Positions 57,700 to 64,000 of a stretch of DNA of 64,000 nucleotides are shown piece after piece. Every line of letters starts with the position of its first letter. The stretch's first letter is position 1. The stretch lies in NCBI GenBank assembly GCA_964016885.1, contig OZ024744.1:116002001-116066000 (forward strand), written 5' to 3'. The stretch is from Eledone cirrhosa. Its lineage: Eukaryota. The notes beneath the pieces were generated by a model, which worked only from the letters and a program-made list of their open reading frames with translations, did not search any database and was not told where the DNA came from. Position numbers and translations under genes: made by a program.

Positions 57700-60600
57700 C
57701 TCTCATATCTTGTCTCTCTCTATATATATAATGTCTCTCATATCTTGTATCTCTCTCTATATATATAATGTCTCTCATATCTTGTCTCTCTCTATATATA
57801 TATAATGTCTCTCATATCTTGTCTCTCTCTATATATATAATGTCTCTCATATCTTGTCTCTCTCTCTATATATATAATGTCTCTCATATCTTGTCTCTCT
57901 CTCTATATATATATAATGTCTCTCATATCTTGTCTCTCTGTCTCTCTCTATATATAATGTCTTTCATATCTTGTCTCTCTCTCTATATATATATAAAGTC
58001 TCTCATATCTTGTCTCTCTCTCTATATACAATGTCTCTCATATCTTGTCTCTCTCTCTCTATAAATATATAATGTCTCTCATATCTTGTCTCTCTCTCTA
58101 TATATATATAATGTCTCTCATATCTTGTCTCTCTCTCTATATATATAATGTCTCTCATATCTTATCTCTCTCTCTATATATATATATAATGTCTCTCATA
58201 TCTTGTCTCTGTCTCTCTATATATATATAATGTCTCTCATATCTTGTCTCTCTGTCTCTCTATATTTATGTAATGTCTCTCATATCTTGTCTTTCTCTCT
58301 ATATATATAATGTCTCTCATATCTTGTCTCTCTCTCTATATGTATATAATGTCTCTCATATCTTGTCTCTCTCTCTATATATATATAATGTCTCTCATAT
58401 CTTGTCTCTCTCTCTATATATATATAATGTCTCTCATATCTTGTCTCTCTCTCTCTATATATATAATGTCTCTCATATCTTATCTCTCTCTCTATATATA
58501 TAATGTCTCTCATATCTTGTCTCTCTCTCTATATATATATATAATGTCTCTCATATCTTGTCTCTCTCTCTATATGTATATAATGTCTCTCATATCTTGT
58601 CCCTCTCTCTCTATATATATAATGTCTCTCATATCTTGTCTCTCTCCCTCTCTCTCTATATAATGTCTCTCATATCTTGTCTCTCTCTCTCTATATATAT
58701 ATAATGTCTCTCATATCTTGTCTCTCTCTCTATATATATAATGTCTCTCATATCTTGTCTCTCTCTCTATATACATATAACGTCTCTCATATCTTGTCTC
58801 TCTCTCTATATATATAATGTCTCTCATATCTTGTCTCTCTCTCTCTATATATATATATAATGTCTCTCATATCTTGTCTCTCACTCTATATATATATAAT
58901 GTCTCTCATATCTTGTCCCTCTCTCTCTATATATAATGTCTCTCATATCTTGTCTCTCTCTCTATATATACAATGTCTCTCATATCTTGTCTCTCTCTCT
59001 ATATATATATAATGTCTCTCATATCTTGTCTCTCTCTATATATATAATGTCTCTCATATCTTGTCGCTCTCTCTCTCTATATATAATGTCTCTCATATCT
59101 TGTCTCTCTCTATATATATATAATGTCTCTCATATCTTGTCTCTCTCTCTATATATACAATGTCTCTCATATCTTCTCTCTCTCTCTATATATATATAAT
59201 GTCTCTCATATCTTGTCTCTCTCTCTATATATACAATGTCTCTCATATCTTGTCTCTTTCTCTATATATATATAATGTCTCTCATATCTTGTCTCTCTCT
59301 CTATATATATATAATGTCTCTCATATCTTGTCTCTCTCTCTATATATATAATGTCTCTCATATCTTATCTCTCTCTCTATATATATATAAAGTCTCTCAT
59401 ATCTTGTCTCTCTCTCTATATATAATGTCTCTCATATCTTGTGTCTCTCTCTCTATATATATATATAATGTCTCTCATATCTTGTCTCTCTCTCTATATA
59501 TATAATGTCTCTCATATCTTGTCTCTCTCTCTCTATATATATAATGTCTCTCATATTTTGTCTCTCTCTATATATATAATGTCTCTCATATCTTGTATCT
59601 CTCTCTATATATATAATGTCTCTCATATCTTGTCTCTCTCTCTATATATATAATGTCTCTCATATCTTGTCTCTCTCTATATATATAATGTCTCTCATAT
59701 CTTGTCTCTCTCTCTATATATATAATGTCTCTCATATCTTGTCTCTCTCTCTATATATATATAATGTCTCTCATATCTTGTCTCTCTGTCTCTCTCTATA
59801 TATAATGTCTCTCATATCTTGTCTCTCTCTCTATATATATATAAAGTCTCTCATATCTTGTCTCTCTCTCTATATACAATGTCTCTCATATCTTGTCTCT
59901 CTCTCTCTATATATATATAATGTCTCTCATATCTTGTCTCTCTCTCTCTATATATATAATGTCTCTCATATCTTGTCTCTCTCTCTATATATATAATGTC
60001 TCTCATATCTTATCTCTCTCTCTCTCTATATATATAATGTCTCTCATATCTTGTCTCTGTCTCTCTATATATATATAATGTTTCTCATATCTTGTCTCTC
60101 TCTCTCTCTATATTTATGTAATGTCTCTCATATCTTGTCTCTCTCTCTATATATATAATGTCTCTCATATCTTGTCTCTCTCTCTATATGTATATAATGT
60201 CTCTCATATCTTGTCTCTCTCTCTCTATATATATAATGTCTCTCATATCTTGTCTCTCTCTCTCTATATATATATAATGTCTCTCATATCTTGTCTCTCT
60301 CTCTCTATATATATAATGTCTCTCATATCTTATCTCTCTCTCTATATATATAATGTCTCTCATATCTTGTCTCTCTCTCTATATATATATATAATGTCTC
60401 TCATATCTTGTCTCTCTCTCTATATGTATATAATGTCTCTCATATCTTGTCCCTCTCTCTCTATATATATAATGTCTCTCATATCTTGTCTCTCTCCCTC
60501 TCTCTCTATATAATGTCTCTCATATCTTGTCTCTCTCTCTCTATATATATATAATGTCTCTCATATCTTGTCTCTCTCTCTATATATATAATGTCTCTCA

Positions 60601-63600
60601 TATCTTGTCTCTCTCTCTATATACATATAACGTCTCTCATATCTTGTCTCTCTCTCTATATATATAATGTCTCTCATATCTTGTCTCTCTCTCTCTATAT
60701 ATATATATAATGTCTCTCATATCTTGTCTCTCTCTCTATATATATATAATGTCTCTCATATCTTGTCCCTCTCTCTCTATAAATAATGTTTCTCATATCT
60801 TGTCCCTCTCTCTCTATATATATATAATGTCTCTCATATCTTGTCTCTTTCTCTATATATATAATGTCTCTCATATCTTGTCTCTCTCTCTATATATATA
60901 TATAATGTCTCTCATATCTTGTCTTTCTCTCTATATATATAATGTCTCTCATATCTTATCTTTCTCTCTCTATATATATAAAATGCCTCTCATATCTTGT
61001 CTCTCTCTCTATATATATATATAATGTCTCTCATATCTTGTCTCTCTGTTTATATATATAATGTCTCTCATATCTTGTCTCTCTCTCTCTATATATATAT
61101 AATGTCTCTCATATCTTGTCTCTCTCTCTATATATACAATGTCTCTCATATCTTGTCTCTCTCTCTATATATATATATATAATGTGTCTCATATCTTGTC
61201 TCTCTCTATGTATAATGTCTCTCATATCTTGTCGCTCTCTCTCTATATATATAATGTCTCTCATATCTTGTCTCTCTCTATATATATATAATGTCTCTCA
61301 TATCTTGTCTCTCTCTCTCTATATATATAATGTCTCTCATATCTTGTCTTTGTCTCTCTCTCTATATATATATAATGTCTCTCATATCTTGTCTCTCTCT
61401 CTCTATATATATAATGTCTCTCATATCTTATCTCTCTCTCTATATATATAATGTCTCTCATATCTTGTCTCTCTCTCTCTATATATATATAATGTCTCTC
61501 ATATCTTGTCTCTCTCTCTATATGTATATAATGTCTCTCATATCTTGTCCCTCTCTCTCTATATATATAATGTCTCTCATATCTTGTCTCTCTCCTCTCT
61601 CTCTATATAATGTCTCTCATATCTTGTCTCTCTCTCTCTCTATATATATAATGTCTCTCATATCTTGTCTCTCTCTCTATATATATAATGTCTCTCATAT
61701 CTTGTCTCTCTCTCTATATATATATAATGTCTCTCATATCTTGTCTCTCTCTCTATATATAATGTCTCTCATATCTTGTCTCTCTCTCTATATATATAAT
61801 GTCTCTCATATCTTGTCTCTCTCTCTCTATATATATATAATGTCTCTCATATCTTGTCCTCTCTCTCTATATATATAATGTCTCTCATATCTTGTCTCTC
61901 TCTCTCTCTATATATAATGTCTCTCATATCTTGTCTCTCTCTATATATATAATGTCTCTCATATCTTGTATCTCTCTCTATATATATAATGTCTCTCATA
62001 TCTTGTCTCTCTCTATATATATATAATGTCTCTCATATCTTGTCTCTCTCTATATATATAATGTCTCTCATATCTTGTCTCTCTCTCTATATATATAATG
62101 TCTCTCATATCTTGTCTCTCTCTCTATATATATATAATGTCTCTCATATCTTGTCTCTCTCTCTCTCTATATATAATGTCTTTCATATCTTGTCTCTCTC
62201 TCTATATATATATAAAGTCTCTCATATCTTGTCTCTCTCTCTATATACAATGTCTCTCATATCTTGTCTCTCTCTCTCTATAAATATATAATGTCTCTCA
62301 TATCTTGTCTCTCTCTCTCTATATATATAATGTCTCTCATATCTTGTCTCTCTCTCTATATATATAATGTCTCTCATATCTTATCTCTCTCTCTCTATAT
62401 ATATATAATGTCTCTCATATCTTGTCTCTGTCTCTCTATATATATATAATGTCTCTCATATCTTGTCTCTCTCTCTCTCTATATTTATGTAATGTCTCTC
62501 ATATCTTGTCTCTCTCTCTATATATATAATGTCTCTCATATCTTGTCTCTCTCTCTATATGTATATAATGTCTCTCATATCTTGTCTCTCTCTCTCTATA
62601 TATATAATGTCTCTCATATCTTGTCTCTCTCTCTATATATATATAATGTCTCTCATATCTTGTCTCTCTCTCTCTATATATATAATGTCTCTCATATCTT
62701 ATCTCTCTCTCTATATATATAATGTCTCTCATATCTTGTCTCTCTCTCTATATATATATATAATGTCTCTCATATCTTGTCTCTCTCTCTATATGTATAT
62801 AATGTCTCTCATATCTTGTCCCTCTCTCTCTATATATATAATGTCTCTCATATCTTGTCTCTCTCCCTCTCTCTCTATATAATGTCTCTCATATCTTGTC
62901 TCTCTCTCTCTATATATATATAATGTCTCTCATATCTTGTCTCTCTCTCTATATATATAATGTCTCTCATATCTTGTCTCTCTCTCTATATACATATAAC
63001 GTCTCTCATATCTTGTCTCTCTCTCTATATATATAATGTCTCTCATATCTTGTCTCTCTCTCTCTATATATATATATAATGTCTCTCATATCTTGTCTCT
63101 CACTCTATATATATATAATGTCTCTCATATCTTGTCCCTCTCTCTCTATATATAATGTCTCTCATATCTTGTCTCTCTCTCTATATATACAATGTCTCTC
63201 ATATCTTGTCTCTCTCTCTATATATATATAATGTCTCTCATATCTTGTCTCTCTCTATATATATAATGTCTCTCATATCTTGTCGCTCTCTCTCTCTATA
63301 TATAATGTCTCTCATATCTTGTCTCTCTCTATATATATATAATGTCTCTCATATCTTGTCTCTCTCTCTATATATACAATGTCTCTCATATCTTCTCTCT
63401 CTCTCTATATATATATAATGTCTCTCATATCTTGTCTCTCTCTCTATATATACAATGTCTCTCATATCTTGTCTCTTTCTCTATATATATATAATGTCTC
63501 TCATATCTTGTCTCTCTCTCTATATATATATAATGTCTCTCATATCTTGTCTCTCTCTCTATATATATAATGTCTCTCATATCTTATCTCTCTCTCTATA

Positions 63601-64000
63601 TATATATAAAGTCTCTCATATCTTGTCTCTCTCTCTATATATAATGTCTCTCATATCTTGTGTCTCTCTCTCTCTATATATATATAATGTCTCTCATATC
63701 TTGTCTCTCTCTCTATATATATAATGTCTCTCATATCTTGTCTCTCTCTCTCTATATATATAATGTCTCTCATATTTTGTCTCTCTCTATATATATAATG
63801 TCTCTCATATCTTGTATCTCTCTCTATATATATAATGTCTCTCATATCTTGTCTCTCTCTCTATATATATAATGTCTCTCATATCTTGTCTCTCTCTATA
63901 TATATAATGTCTCTCATATCTTGTCTCTCTCTCTATATATATAATGTCTCTCATATCTTGTCTCTCTCTCTATATATATATAATGTCTCTCATATCTTGT
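57700..64000. repeat. ~4.22-kb-period duplication: ~57.7-59.8 kb repeated at ~61.9-64.0 kb
   Basis: Pairs 58045/62264, 58273/62492, 58936/63155 and 59441/63660, all at offset 4,219; shared TACATATAACG variant at ~58772/62991. Confidence 0.85.

Larger units (their letters stand above)
1..64000. repeat. Tandem satellite array; monomer AATGTCTCTCATATCTTG(TC)n(TA)mT, mostly 35-41 bp, runs off both window ends
   Basis: Seen directly: an 18-nt core recurs about every 37-39 bp, followed by variable (TC)n and (TA)m tracts. It is interrupted only by four SINE pieces, and I saw no inverted monomers. Confidence 0.99.

Noticed and set aside
41-63872. Hundreds of ORFs encoding MSLISCLSL / YNVSHILSL / MRDIIYIER repeats (up to 232 aa)
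   Set aside because: They are translations of the satellite: ATG is part of every monomer and 39-bp monomers keep frame by chance. Frames shift with dinucleotide slippage and there is no protein-like complexity.
1-64000. CRISPR-like look (constant 18-nt core with variable intervening sequence)
   Set aside because: The intervening parts are only (TC)n(TA)m, not unique spacers. There is no leader or cas gene, and the context looks eukaryotic.
1-64000. Telomeric repeat, or definite centromere assignment
   Set aside because: There is no TTAGGG-type G-rich short repeat, and centromere function cannot be inferred from sequence alone.
1-64000. Information encoded in the series of (n,m) tract lengths
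   Set aside because: Recurrence of length patterns is explained by block duplication, and nothing in the sequence indicates a readout mechanism.

Overview
The window is almost entirely one head-to-tail eukaryotic satellite array. The monomer is AATGTCTCTCATATCTTG(TC)n(TA)mT, mostly 35-41 bp, with roughly 1,700 copies estimated from length and all in one orientation. I see no credible protein-coding gene, CRISPR array or multi-gene system; the listed ORFs are read-throughs of the repeat. Only four non-satellite stretches exist, all minus-strand pieces of one tRNA-derived SINE. One is a 186-bp copy with its 5' head, A and B boxes and a 12-13 bp target-site duplication (18840-19025). The other three are identical 86-bp 5'-truncated copies (28251, 38755, 46325) spread by ~10.5/7.6/11-kb segmental tandem duplications. 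From memory the SINE resembles an abundant Octopus SINE family, which needs a database check. The most interesting signal is that the long and truncated SINEs appear to be independent insertions at the same nucleotide phase of different monomers, with empty paralogous sites still present. Variant monomers also reveal nested higher-order duplications of about 0.7, 1.6, 4.2, 5.0, 9.6 and 10.5 kb.
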